Below, piece by piece: positions 21,452 through 33,311 of a DNA stretch of 64,000 nucleotides. Position numbers and translations under genes: made by a program. The number at the start of each line of letters is the position of its first letter. The first letter of the stretch is position 1. Origin of the DNA: Candidatus Dadabacteria bacterium (lineage in GTDB: Bacteria > Desulfobacterota_D > UBA1144 > Nemesobacterales > CSP1-2); contig CAWDVW010000007.1 in assembly GCA_963805855.1 (NCBI GenBank), forward strand, positions 96,001-160,000. Reading direction: 5' to 3'. The notes below the pieces were generated by a model. The model was given only the letters and a program-made list of their open reading frames with translations, ran no database searches and was not told the DNA's origin.

Positions 21452-24400
21452 AGCTAGTTGACACATCAATTAAAAAACCAGTGAGCGTTGCAGTAGGCGT
21501 GATTTTCATAATTCTGTTTGGATTTATTTCCCTTTTTAAAATCCCGGTACAGCTAACACCCGATGTAGAAAAGCCAAGAATCACAGTTGATACAAGATGG
21601 GAAGGAGCCAGTCCCCAGGAGGTGGAAACAGAGATTGTTCGTAGACAGGAAGACGAGCTAAAAACGGTCGAAGGCCTGGTGGAGATGACCAGCGAGAGTT
21701 CTGATGGAAGTGGGACAGTTGTTCTTGAGTTTCTTATAGGTACTGATATAGACGCTGCACTTGTTGATGTATCGAATAAGCTCAATCAGGTGAGAGAGTT
21801 TCCCGAGGATGCTGACAGGCCTGTTATCAGCAGTGTGGATGTACGCGGAAGTGCAATGGCGTGGTTTATATTAAAACCGGTAGCGGGCAATGATGTTGAC
21901 ATAAATACATTCCATGATTTTGCAGACGATTTTATAAAGCCCAGGTTTGAACGTGTACCCGGCGTGGGTTCGTCAAATGTATTCGGGGGGCGGGAGCGTG
22001 AGATGCAGGTTATCGTTGATCCTGATGCACTGGCTGCAAGGGACATCACATTACTGGAGATGGCACAGGCAATTGATAAGGAGAATGATAACTATAGTGC
22101 TGGTGATTTCGATGAAGGAAAACGAAGGTATATCGTACGGACAATCGGCGAATATGAATCTCCTGAGGATATCGAGGACGTTATTATAACTCGCAGGAAC
22201 GGCGCACCTGTTTATGTTCGAGATGTGGCAAAAGTAAAGCTTGGATACAAGGATCCAGAGTTTGCTGTCCGACAAAACGGCGAGCCGGCAATAGCAATAA
22301 ATGCTGTCAAAGAAAGCGGGGCTAATGCAATTGAGGTTATGGATGGGCTTCGTCAGTCGATGAATGAGTTAAACAAAGGGCTCCTAAAAGAAAAGAAATT
22401 AGTACTTTTTAACGTGTATGATGAAACAAATTATATCAGGAGTGCGATCAATCTTGTCAAACAAAATCTCATAATTGGCGGTTTTCTGGCAATTGCTGTC
22501 CTGTTGTTCTTCCTAAGGAGCGGAAGCAGTACGCTCATAATAGCCACAGCCATTCCTATAAGCGTCATTGGCACCTTTGTTGTTATGGCTTTTCTGGGCA
22601 GGACAATAAATGTGATTAGCCTTGCCGGTATGAGTTTTGCGGTGGGGATGGTAGTCGATAATGCGATTGTGGTCTTAGAGAATATCTATCGTCATATGCA
22701 GATGGGAAAATCGCGTATCAAGGCATCGTACGATGGAACGGTGGAGGTGTGGGGAGCTGTGCTTGCAAGCACCCTCACCACTGCGGCAGTTTTTTTACCG
22801 GTCATTTTTATTAAGGAACAGGCTGGTCAACTATTTCGAGATATAGCGATAGCAATTAGCGTGTCGGTTATTCTGAGTCTTATTGTATCTATTACCGTGA
22901 TCCCAGCCGCATCCGCTAAGATCCTGAGTATAGCAAAAGAAACAAAAAGGGCGGCGTTTAGTAATCTTTGGGGTTTTGCACGCATAGGACACGATATTTC
23001 AGAGGGAATTGCAAGCCTTGTTCGAAGAATTATTGGAGACTCCAAAACACGTATTCTCGTTGTTTGTGCTTTTACTATCGGTTCGCTTCTTCTTAGCTGG
23101 CTAATGATGCCAAAAGCCGAGTACCTACCAGAGGGAAACCGTAATCTTTTGTTTGGTATCCTTCTACCCCCTCCTGGGTATAATATCGGTGAATTCACAG
23201 AAATTGGACAACGAATAGAAAGTGACTTAAAACCATATTGGGAGGCGGATGTTAATTCTCCGGAAGCGGAGAATCTGGACGGTCCTCCTATCGAACACTT
23301 CTTCTATGTGGCAAGGGGCCGTCAGGTGTTCATGGGGGCACGCGCTAAGGAACCGGATAAGGTGAAAGGCCTCATTCCGGTAATGCAGAAAACCCTGAGT
23401 AAAATTCCCGGTATGATAGCTATCGTCAGTCAATCCAGCATTTTTCAGAGGGGAATCGGTGAAGGACGCTCAATCAATATTCAACTCACTGGTCCTGAAC
23501 TGGAAAAACTTATTGGTCTCGGTCAGAACATCTTTTTCAGTGCGATTCAGAAAATTCCGGGCTCACAGGTACGGCCTATTCCGAGTCTCGATCTGGGCAA
23601 CCCGGAGGTCCAGGTCGTGACAGATCGTGTCAGGGCATCTGATGTAGGGGTCACAAATGAGGGACTCGGTTTTATGGTTAATGCCCTTGTTGATGGGGCG
23701 AAGGTAAGTGACTATCAAATCGCGGGTGACGAAATTGATCTTGTGCTTCGTGGTGAGGATAAGTATTCAAATCGAACACACCAGATTGAGGATCTTATGG
23801 TTAATACCGATAGTGGTAAGATGATCAATGTAGGTTCGGTCGCCGATGTAGTTGTTACCACGGGCCCCGAGCAAATCAATCATTATGAGCGTCAGAGGAC
23901 GATCGCAATTCAGGTAATACCACCTGAGAAAATGCCCCTCGAAAGTGCTATAGACACTATCAATAGTGAAATTCTGGGCCCGCTTCGCAGCAGTGGCGAA
24001 CTCGGGGGATCTTATAGTGCAGTCCTAACCGGCACGGCTGATGATTTAACGGTTACGCGAAAAGCCCTTCAGTGGAATTTTCTCCTTGCAGCTGTAATTG
24101 CTTATCTTCTGATGTCTTCGCTTTTTGAGAGTTTCCTCTATCCCTTTGTAATCATGTTCAGTGTTCCGCTTGCATCGTTTGGTGGATTTCTAGGACTATT
24201 ACTATTAAATATTTTTACCTATCAACCACTTGATATTCTTACGATGCTGGGCTTTATCATACTTATTGGGATAGTTGTAAATAATGCCATACTCATTGTT
24301 CATCAAGCGCTAAACCACATACGCGACGAAGGCTACGAAACCAGTGATGCGATAGTTGAATCCGTGAAAACACGTATTAGACCAATATTCATGAGCACAA

Positions 24401-24624
24401 TGACCAGTGTTTTCGGAATGCTTCCCCTAGTAATTTCCCCTGGATCCGGCTCCGAATTCTATAGGGGCCTGGGTAGTGTGGTAGTAGGTGGACTCACGGT
24501 TTCAACAATATTTACGCTATTTCTGGTTCCGTCGGTTTTCAGCATTGTGATGGATGTAAAAGAAAATCTTTCAAAGAGGTTTGGAAAAGTTAAGGAATCT
24601 ATAGGCTTACTCCCTACAAAGTAG
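21448..24624 (+). CDS. RND efflux permease (AcrB/AcrD/AcrF family)
   Basis: 1058 aa; GMVVDNAIVVLENI, GIVVNNAIL, RIRPIFMST. Confidence 0.96.
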   Translation: MKLVDTSIKKPVSVAVGVIFIILFGFISLFKIPVQLTPDVEKPRITVDTRWEGASPQEVETEIVRRQEDELKTVEGLVEMTSESSDGSGTVVLEFLIGTDIDAALVDVSNKLNQVREFPEDADRPVISSVDVRGSAMAWFILKPVAGNDVDINTFHDFADDFIKPRFERVPGVGSSNVFGGREREMQVIVDPDALAARDITLLEMAQAIDKENDNYSAGDFDEGKRRYIVRTIGEYESPEDIEDVIITRRNGAPVYVRDVAKVKLGYKDPEFAVRQNGEPAIAINAVKESGANAIEVMDGLRQSMNELNKGLLKEKKLVLFNVYDETNYIRSAINLVKQNLIIGGFLAIAVLLFFLRSGSSTLIIATAIPISVIGTFVVMAFLGRTINVISLAGMSFAVGMVVDNAIVVLENIYRHMQMGKSRIKASYDGTVEVWGAVLASTLTTAAVFLPVIFIKEQAGQLFRDIAIAISVSVILSLIVSITVIPAASAKILSIAKETKRAAFSNLWGFARIGHDISEGIASLVRRIIGDSKTRILVVCAFTIGSLLLSWLMMPKAEYLPEGNRNLLFGILLPPPGYNIGEFTEIGQRIESDLKPYWEADVNSPEAENLDGPPIEHFFYVARGRQVFMGARAKEPDKVKGLIPVMQKTLSKIPGMIAIVSQSSIFQRGIGEGRSINIQLTGPELEKLIGLGQNIFFSAIQKIPGSQVRPIPSLDLGNPEVQVVTDRVRASDVGVTNEGLGFMVNALVDGAKVSDYQIAGDEIDLVLRGEDKYSNRTHQIEDLMVNTDSGKMINVGSVADVVVTTGPEQINHYERQRTIAIQVIPPEKMPLESAIDTINSEILGPLRSSGELGGSYSAVLTGTADDLTVTRKALQWNFLLAAVIAYLLMSSLFESFLYPFVIMFSVPLASFGGFLGLLLLNIFTYQPLDILTMLGFIILIGIVVNNAILIVHQALNHIRDEGYETSDAIVESVKTRIRPIFMSTMTSVFGMLPLVISPGSGSEFYRGLGSVVVGGLTVSTIFTLFLVPSVFSIVMDVKENLSKRFGKVKESIGLLPTK

Positions 24625-24835
24625 GTAAGTTTATTTTAGATATGGATCTTTCTTGTTACGTCTCGCTTTCATACCTTTTTCGAGTATGTTATAAATTAAG
24701 TTTTATCATGAATAATCCGTTTGAACTAATGGATTTTCAAATTTGACTTGCAAACTCGTTAGGATAGATTGTTATTTCCGGTTGCAAAATTCACTTTTGA
24801 ACGAAATAAAGGCTTGGGAAAGGAGGACATAAATA

Positions 24836-26227
24836 ATGGCTAAAGAAACGCATAGAATTGAGTCTGATACTATGGGTGACATGAAGGTGCCTGTCGACGC
24901 ATATTATGGTGCTCAAACTGCAAGGGCTATAGAGAATTTCCCAATAAGTGGAATCAGGAAGCCCAGACATTTCATACGGGCGTTGGGTCTTATAAAGCTC
25001 GCGGCAGCCGAGGCGAATATGGAGCTAAAGCTGCTAGATAAGAAGAAGGGATCTGCTATAGTCAAGGCGGCTAGAGAGGTGGCTGATGGGAAACTCGATG
25101 ACCACTTTGTTTTGGATGTTTTTCAGACTGGCTCTGGGACCTCCACGAACATGAATGCGAATGAAGTTATCGCGAATCGCACAAATGAGATATTGCGCGC
25201 AAAAAAGGGAGATAAGAGAGGTGTTCACCCAAACGATCACGTGAATATGGGGCAATCGAGTAATGATGTTTATCCCAGTGCAATGCATGTTTCTGCTCTC
25301 GAGATGATTGAGAAGGACTTAATTCCTGCCTTAAAACTGCTTCACAACTCACTTTCAAAAAAGGCAAGGGAATTCGACAAAATCTTGAAAATTGGCCGCA
25401 CCCATCTTCAGGACGCAACACCGATAAGGTTGGGACAGGAGTTCGGTGGGTATGCGAGTATGATAGACCACGGGATACGAAGATTGCGCGGCACACATGT
25501 AAGTCTGTCGGAATTGGCAATAGGTGGCACAGCGGTAGGAACTGGTATTAATACCCATCCGAGGTTCGCTAAAATAGTCGCGAGCAAAGTGAGCAAGTTA
25601 ACGGGCATTAAGTTCAGGGAAGCGGCAAATCATTTCGAGGCTCAGGGTTCTAAAGACGCGATTGTTGAAACAAGTGGAGTTCTTAAAACCTTGGCGGTGA
25701 GCCTGATGAAGATTGCTAACGATATTAGATGGCTTGGAAGCGGTCCCCGGTGTGGATTGGCCGAGATCCTTCTCCTGCCCGTTCAGCCCGGTTCTTCGAT
25801 AATGCCTGCTAAAGTAAATCCCGTCATTCCCGAAGCCGTTTGTCAGGTGGCTGCCCAGGTTATAGGCAATGATTCGACTATAACTGTCGGAGGTATGCTT
25901 GGGAATTTTGAATTGAACGTTATGATGCCGGTCCAAATCCATAACCTTCTGGAGTCTATAAGGTTGCTGTCGAATTCTTCTAGGGTTTTTGCTGACAAAT
26001 GTATATCCGGGATAAAAGCCGATAAGAAACGATGTGAAGAAATGATCGAGAAGAGCCTCGCTATGGTCACAAGTTTGGCCCCATTAATTGGATATGACAT
26101 GGCAGCCAAGATAGCGAAAGAGGCATATGATACCGGTAAAACGGTTAGAGAGATCTGTATGGAGAAGAAGGTTCTTCCAGAGGATCAATTGAAGAAGGTT
26201 CTTGACCCTTGGTCGATGACCGAATAA
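24836..26227 (+). CDS. fumC: fumarate hydratase class II
   Basis: QTGSGTSTNMN, GRTHLQDATP, GSSIMPAKVNP. Confidence 0.95.
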   Translation: MAKETHRIESDTMGDMKVPVDAYYGAQTARAIENFPISGIRKPRHFIRALGLIKLAAAEANMELKLLDKKKGSAIVKAAREVADGKLDDHFVLDVFQTGSGTSTNMNANEVIANRTNEILRAKKGDKRGVHPNDHVNMGQSSNDVYPSAMHVSALEMIEKDLIPALKLLHNSLSKKAREFDKILKIGRTHLQDATPIRLGQEFGGYASMIDHGIRRLRGTHVSLSELAIGGTAVGTGINTHPRFAKIVASKVSKLTGIKFREAANHFEAQGSKDAIVETSGVLKTLAVSLMKIANDIRWLGSGPRCGLAEILLLPVQPGSSIMPAKVNPVIPEAVCQVAAQVIGNDSTITVGGMLGNFELNVMMPVQIHNLLESIRLLSNSSRVFADKCISGIKADKKRCEEMIEKSLAMVTSLAPLIGYDMAAKIAKEAYDTGKTVREICMEKKVLPEDQLKKVLDPWSMTE

Positions 26228-26289
26228 AAATGGATAATGCGGTTACGTATTGCCGTATTTTCAAGCAACTAATTGACTAAGTCCAATAC

Positions 26290-26853
26290 ATGATAACTCG
26301 ATGTGAATGGGTTTGGTATGATCCTTTATTAATTGAATATCATGACAAGGAATGGGGCGTTCCTGTTCATGAAGACAGGCTTCTCTTCGAATTCTTGGTT
26401 CTCGACGCATTTCAGGCTGGCCTCAGCTGGTCAATTATTCTGAAAAAGCGTGAGAACTTCAGGCGTGCATTCCGAGACTTTGATCCATTTAAGATCGCCA
26501 AATTCGACGAATCAAAAGTTGATCGTCTACTTCAAGATTCCGGAATAATAAGAAATAAGTTAAAAATAGAATCTACGATTTCAAATGCCAACTCCTTTCT
26601 GGAAGTTCGAAAGGAATTCGGATCGCTTGATAAATATATCTGGCAGTTTGTAAACTACAGGACTATTCAAAATAGATGGAAATCCATAAAGGAATTACCG
26701 GCGAAAACTGAAAAATCGGATTTAATGAGCAAGGACTTGAAGAAGAGGGGATTTAGGTTCGTGGGTTCAACGATATGCTATGCTTTCATGCAGGCTGCTG
26801 GCATGGTCAATGATCACGTTGTCAATTGTTTTCGTTATAAAGAATTAAAGTAA
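26290..26853 (+). CDS. tag: DNA-3-methyladenine glycosylase I
   Basis: YHDKEWGVP, QAGLSW, MQAAGMVNDH..C. Confidence 0.95.
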   Translation: MITRCEWVWYDPLLIEYHDKEWGVPVHEDRLLFEFLVLDAFQAGLSWSIILKKRENFRRAFRDFDPFKIAKFDESKVDRLLQDSGIIRNKLKIESTISNANSFLEVRKEFGSLDKYIWQFVNYRTIQNRWKSIKELPAKTEKSDLMSKDLKKRGFRFVGSTICYAFMQAAGMVNDHVVNCFRYKELK

Positions 26854-26902
26854 AAGTGCTAAATGTGTAGTGACTATATTCAAGCTTTGAAGGTCGGATA
26901 TT

Positions 26903-27274
26903 GTGGATAAGAAGTCATTCGAATATCTTGTGGAAAAAGCATACAGCGCAATTCCCGAGGAATTCAGAAAGAAAATTGAGAATGTTGTCATCTCCGTTGA
27001 GGATTACCCGACTAGGGATGACATGGAAAAACTCAAATTAAGAAAAGATAGTTTACTTTTGGGGCTCTATAGGGGTGTGCCTCTACCGAAGAGGAGCGTG
27101 TGGCAGGTGGCAAGCTTTCCTGACGAAATCGTCATATATCAGAAGGATATCGAGAGAATCTGTAGAAATGAAAAGGAGATTGAGGATAAGGTTAATGAGG
27201 TATTAATACACGAGATAGGACATTATTTCGGCCTGTCAGATAAAGAAATTTATGAACTAATGGGGCAATCTTGA
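26903..27274 (+). CDS. zincin-like metallopeptidase (DUF1025-like)
   Basis: LLGLYRGVPL, HEIGHYFG. Confidence 0.88.
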   Translation: MDKKSFEYLVEKAYSAIPEEFRKKIENVVISVEDYPTRDDMEKLKLRKDSLLLGLYRGVPLPKRSVWQVASFPDEIVIYQKDIERICRNEKEIEDKVNEVLIHEIGHYFGLSDKEIYELMGQS

Positions 27275-28517
27275 TCCGTCTCTCACGATACACGCCCGTA
27301 TGTTTCATAAAGTGTGTATAGGCAATTAATGTAAGGAGGACCTTATGGACAGTTCAGGTAAGAGAGACATATAAGGACCAGCTAAGAGATTTATTAAGCA
27401 TGCTTCAAGAGCGCTTGAGAGTGAGCTTGAAGATATCTGGGGTATCCTAAGACAAGCCACCAAGATAAGTCGACAACCTTTAATGTGAGAACGGTTACAG
27501 TACAAGACAGTGAAAGCGATAGTGAGAGGTAGAGCTAGAAGTTCTTCGAGACAGGACTCGGAGTTTGAGCCTCAGATAGTCAAGAGGCGTCAGAGTGTAC
27601 TGGATGACCTTGAGGACAAGATAGTAGCTCTGTATTGAAGGGTATGACAACAAAGAGAAACATCCAGGATATACTGGAGGGCATGTACGGAGTGGATTTA
27701 AGTCCACCGCTTATATCGAGACTTACGTATAGAATGCTGCCTCGATTAGAGGAGTGGCAGTTGAGGCCTCTTGGGCTGGTGTATGGTGGTGAGAATATAG
27801 ATGGCTTGGCTGTATTTTCTACAAGGTAAGGGAAGAGGGAAAGGTTTTAAATAAAGCGATATATCTGGTAATAGGTTTGGGGTAGACGGGAGGAAGGAGA
27901 TACTGAGTTTTTGGGTAAGTGCAAAGGAGAGCAGTGGGTTTTGGCTTGGGGTGCTGAATGACCTTAAGAGCAGAGGGGTTAGGGATGTTTTTATATTCAG
28001 TGTAGATGGTCTTAATGGGCTTGAAGAGGATATTGCTGCAACGTATCCGGCCTCAGACATACAGACGTGTGTTACACATCAGATCAGGAACACTTTGAGA
28101 TATGTGTTATGGAGGACAAGAAGGAGCTGAGCAAAGATCTGATGACAGTTTACGGTGCCTCAACCCTGGAGGGTGCGAGCTCGTCCATGGATGAGTTTGA
28201 AAAGAAGTGGGGTCGTAAGTATCCTCATATAATCAAATCCTGGCGAGAGAGGTGAGAATCTCTTGTGACCTATTTTAGATACCCTGTGGAGATAAGAAAG
28301 CTCATTTACACCACACACCTGATCGAGAGCGTAAATAGCAAGTACCAAAAGGTCACAGATGCCAAAAGGGTTTTTCCCTCTGATAGCTCGGTACTAAAAT
28401 CCCTTTTTATGGCCACCAGGGATCTTGAAAGAAAATGGACCAGGCCTATCAATACTTGGGTCTTGTTATTTATGTCTCAGCTATGTATTATATTTGAGAA
28501 AAGGGTAAATCAGGAAA

Positions 28518-29256
28518 GGCTCTAGATAAGATTAGAGCATGTGTTTTCTTAAAATATTCAACAGAATTTTGTAAATATCTTTCTCTCTATTATTAAACCT
28601 GAACTCACACTCCTTCAAATGGAGATTAAAATCCTTTTTACTGAATCCATTAAATTTCTGCAATCTTCTTTTTGCAAAGCTCCAGAATGATTCTATCCCA
28701 TTTATATGTGATCTTCCATTGGAGAATTTGTTGTCCCTGTGATCCACTCTGAAATGTTTTGGATAACCTATATCAACCAGCCCGTTGTAACCCCTCCATT
28801 TGTCAGAATGAATTACACTCTCAACCTCCACTTTGCCCCTGATAATAGCCTGTAATGTCGCTCTCGAACAATCAGGCACTATCTCCGTATACACCTTACC
28901 GTTCCTCTCCAATATCCCGAATACGATTGTCTTACCGCATGATCCTCTACCCCTTTTGCCCTTTATCCTCCTTGCCCCAAAATACGACTCATCTACTTCT
29001 ACTTCACCGCTAAGTGGAAATTCATTATCGCATATTTCTTTTATTCTCTCCCTTAATTTCTTGTAGATTCTGTTTGTTGTGGGCCTTGATATACCTATTA
29101 ATTCCGATGTCTTCGTAGCTGTTATATCAAGGGAAAAACACCTGAGAATTTCCCTGAATTTAGACTCCGAAAAGTGTGCCCCTTTTAGATACCTGTTTTT
29201 CCCTTTATTTCTCATAACTTAGCATGTATTCTAACATGCTAAAGTTATCTAGAGCC
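28518..29256 (-). mobile_element. IS1595-family insertion sequence (739 bp)
   Basis: 12-bp perfect TIR GGCTCTAGATAA at both ends; 8-bp TSD TCAGGAAA at 28510-28517 and 29257-29264. Confidence 0.93.
28532..29215 (-). CDS. IS1595 family DDE transposase
   Basis: VEVDESYFG, IHSDKWRGY, HINGIESFWS; no N-terminal zinc ribbon. Confidence 0.93.
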   Translation of the reverse strand: MRNKGKNRYLKGAHFSESKFREILRCFSLDITATKTSELIGISRPTTNRIYKKLRERIKEICDNEFPLSGEVEVDESYFGARRIKGKRGRGSCGKTIVFGILERNGKVYTEIVPDCSRATLQAIIRGKVEVESVIHSDKWRGYNGLVDIGYPKHFRVDHRDNKFSNGRSHINGIESFWSFAKRRLQKFNGFSKKDFNLHLKECEFRFNNREKDIYKILLNILRKHML

Positions 29257-29315
29257 TCAGGAAATTTTGAAGATACACAGTCGTTGGAACAGTCCCTAAA
29301 TATAAATAATATAAT

Positions 29316-32300
29316 ATGATGATTGATTCCATAAAGAACGACACTTTGGGAGAATATATTATTACCGCGGTATTTATTTCATTCATTTTCCTCCCTCTTT
29401 TCTTTTTTGTCCATTTTGCTCCCTATCTACGTTACGATATTCAGGCGTTTATAATCTCTGCTAATCTGGCATTTCTTGTATTAACCATCTTCTTTGTAAA
29501 CGCTTTTCAAAAAACTAAGCAATACAATGTTCTATCCTATTACGATCTTTTACTACTTCCTTTCTTTTTCTTTATTCTCATATCATTTTCACTCGTTTCA
29601 GATCATCTCGCCTCATTTCAATCGGTACTCTGGTGGCTAGAAGCCCTAATTTTTTATTTTATGAGTCGTTATGTTTTCATCAATACTGCAACCCGTAAAC
29701 GATTTCTCCATATACTGCCCGGATGTGGAGCGTTGATGACCATTTTTTTTGCAATTAGCCTTTTTGCTAACGAAGAAATAAAAGAAAACTTTCTAGTTTT
29801 TCCAATCGCAATGAATCGCAACTATGCAGCGCAAGTTCTAATCCTTCCTTTTTTCATAAGCCTTTCATTTATGCATAAAACGTATAATCGAGGAACGCGT
29901 TTCTATGCTGCTATCAGTGCTTTTGTTATATTTTTCGGCATACTCATTAGCCGCTCTCGCTCAGTATGGCTTGGGGTCCTCTTGGCAATCGCTGTTGCTA
30001 TATTATGGTTATTCCTTGCTCATAGAGCTCAAGTAAAAACATTTCTTAACAAACAACGCATTCTCATTTCGCTTCTTATGTTGGTAGTCGTAGGGATGTC
30101 GCTCTTTGCGGCTCACACAATTATGCCAAAATACAACTTCCCAAGTCCTGTCACCACACTAAAAACCTTCCAAAAGCCCCTTGAAGGATCTTCTGGTGCA
30201 AGAATACGCCGTTGGACAAATTCACTCCCTATGATACGAGATCATTTTCTCTTCGGTGTAGGACCTGGAAACTGGGCACACACTTTCTATAAGTATCGTG
30301 GCAGTGTTACACCCGATCCGCAAGGCTACCCACATTCATTCAACAGTTATTTAGCGCTCCTTGGAGAGATGGGAGTGTTTGCCTTTCTTTTATTTGTCGT
30401 TTTTATTTCATCACTGTTCAGAAGAAATTATAATGACTCGCCCCAAGTCCTTTTTCTCAACTCTCTCTCGGAGCTTTTCTCTTTGCAGCAGCATTCCACA
30501 TGACCTTTAGTATTAAAGTACTACTAATAGCTATTTTTCTTAATATGAGCCTCCTTAGCTCTTATGAAAAAACCATACACAGTTTGTTTGTTACCAACAA
30601 GAATTTATTTGCTTCTCTGAACCTAGCACTTTGTGCTATAGTGATTGTTACTACTTTTTTTGAATTTAAATATCTTCAATCAAAGATTCATTATTATTAT
30701 ATTGCATATCATCTTTCTTATCGAGGAACAACTCCATATCTTTCCTTCAACAGAAACTCGGCCAGGACCGATTAGGAAATACATTAAAAAATATTTCCCC
30801 GCCGTCTTTTACCGAGAGCATCCTGAGACCATCGAATCACTAGCTTCTTATGGTTCTGGGCGAATGCGAAATTTATACCGAGTGATTGGAATCAAGGAAG
30901 AACTTTCAGGAAGAGGAGAAAGAGGCTCTCTAGGTTGGTATAAGAAAGCTGAGAAGAAAAGTCGATATAGGGCCGACATAATTCCCGCCGCGTGTCAATT
31001 AGAGAAGAAACTGGGCCTAATTAGTGATGCACAATCTACATGTGAAAGAGGCTGTAAGATATTGCCTAATAACGAATTGCTGCATTTGCAACTGGCACGA
31101 ATCTATCGCGAACGTGATCAAAATCAAAAAGCGATCGCATTTTATAAAAAAGCAATTTCACTTTATGAAAAGCAGCTCGAAGCAGATTGGTTCGGTAAAT
31201 CCGGAGTTAGGAAGAGTCATAGACTGTATGCTAATCTTGCAATGGCAAAAAGGGAGCTATCACAGCTTCTCGAACAACCGACTCTGAAACCGTTTTCTGG
31301 GATACAACAAAAAATTCTTCAAGTGCCACTGATAAACAAGGACATCGCCATACGAAACAACGAAGTATTTTTCTCTAGCAACAAAAGCGGGCGTTATGAA
31401 CTGTGGGTCTGGAAAGAAGACAATTCGCTCCAGCAACTCACTGACGATAAGTATGTCTATTTTCACTTGCGACCTCACTATACCCTGCCACGAATGTATT
31501 TCGTCTCTGACGACTCTGGGAATGCAAAATACAATATGTATTATCGAGATCTTAACACTAATGAGGTAGTACGTCTCACTGACGCCTCAGATAATGAGAG
31601 TTTTGAACCTTATGAATTATCTCCCGATGGAAAAAATATTATCTATGTAAAAGAATCCAGGCAGGATGGACATGAAATCTATCAGATGACTCATAATGGA
31701 AGAAACATGCGTAAACTTACATCTGATCGAAAGCGAAAACAATATCTATCATGGCATCCATTGTCTGAACAATTTGTGTATGTCACGGGAGAGCATTTGC
31801 TTAATCTCTTTGACGTTAATTCTTCGGTTAATCGTACTATTATCAAAGAACATTTGAAAGAAATTAAATGGCCTTCATTTAGTCCGGATGGGACAAAAAT
31901 TATCTTTGCGCGTCTCGATCGCCATGGATATGGTAACATTGAAGTTTTTGATCTCAACACAAAAAAAAGTAAGGTAGTAACTATGAAGTCTGGGAGATAT
32001 TTAACACCACAATGGATCAGTCGAGACTCTATCCTCTATCGTGAGAATAAAGACGACCACTACCTTCTCAGAATCACACAATTAAACACAGGTGAAACAA
32101 AGCATATTGGACCGCCTGAAGGAGTAGTATACGATCCTGAAATAACTCATTCAGGGTCACTTCTGGTTTTTCTACACAGTGATCTTACTACTCCTCTTTT
32201 TCTAAATCGAATGGATTTTTGAAACGAACCATCAACAAACACAAAGGTTTGATTCACTCACTAAAGAGGAAATCGTGCTTCCGGAGCGAGATGTCCTGAT

Positions 32301-32916
32301 ATCTCACGGACAATCTTTCCCAGTATACTTATTAAGTCCGTGGGCTTTGAGAATGATCTAAAGTATCCCTGTATTCTCTGGCTAAGATGGCTGAAAGTTC
32401 TGAGTTTTCTCCGTTGGGGCAATTCTACTGCACAGTTTTTTGCTCAATCAGGATACTTTTTTGTTGCTGTTAACTACCGTGAAGCAGACTTCTTCGGCTT
32501 ACGTAAGCAACCAAAATCAAAAGAGTTACATCTCGAATCAGAAGCGATTAAGACTACACTTTCCTATCTTCATTCACAAAAACAAATCGACGGAACACAA
32601 ATCTTTTTGCTTGGTGTAAGTACAGGAACCGAACTCGCACGATACATGGTAGCAACCAATCGGCTTAGTGTTGCTGGAGTAATAGAATACTCCCCTGCTA
32701 GCATGTCGAGTCGAATTGATGATCGAGCAATTCCTAGGCTTATTGTTTGGGGAGAAAATGAGTCCAAGACGGTTAAAATCCTTTTTAGCAGAAGAAAACT
32801 TTTTTCTAACACCCAATAATAAAGTAGAGGTGTTAACAATCGCAAGTGAGGGACATGACCTACGTTTCTACAGTAGTATTGTCTTCTGGATTAAAACATT
32901 CACTTCGTTTTCTTAA
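29316..32916 (+). pseudogene. frameshifted O-antigen-ligase-like / TPR / beta-propeller / alpha-beta hydrolase gene
   Basis: SRSRSVWLG, R..W...P..GVGPGN, NSYLALLGEMG; TPR helix; SPDG repeats; GVSTG and EGHD; pieces 29316-30503, 30500-30775, 30645-32222, 32340-32819, 32716-32916 abut or overlap in shifted frames. Confidence 0.65.
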
Positions 32917-33311
32917 TGATCAAAGGAATCATTAAGATATAAATGCATCGTACTTTCAATTGTAAACGCAGAATTTATGGGATACTTCAAGAATTTGCAG
33001 TTTATAAAATAGCAGGGGGCCATACTATATCCGAAGTACAACTCGCGTCGCTCGACATTTAGAGACGAGGTACTACATGCCTGCATTGTTACTCGGATTC
33101 AATTTGAGCTGACTGTTGTTGTAATGATCCTTTCGACCTATGCATCTGCATTCAAGATTACTCGATTAGTTACTTGTTTTGTCTAAACGGAAGTACCTTA
33201 CACCAACCTTGTGAAATTGACTATCCCCTGAAATACGTACCTAGACGTGATACATTGTAGCATTCTCATATTCAGGGCCAAAGTTTTACACCTATAAAAT
33301 GTGACTGCTTT

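Larger units (their letters stand above)
27296..29296 (+). mobile_element. degenerate IS256-family element interrupted by an IS1595
   Basis: fragmented transposase from ATG 27345 (KGMTT..YGVDLS, LTYFRYPVEIRKLIYTTHLIESVN) with many stops and frameshifts; imperfect IRs CCGTATGTTTCATAAAGTGTGTAT (27296) and ATACACAGTCGTTGGAACAGTCCC (ends 29296); no matching TSD seen. Confidence 0.85.
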
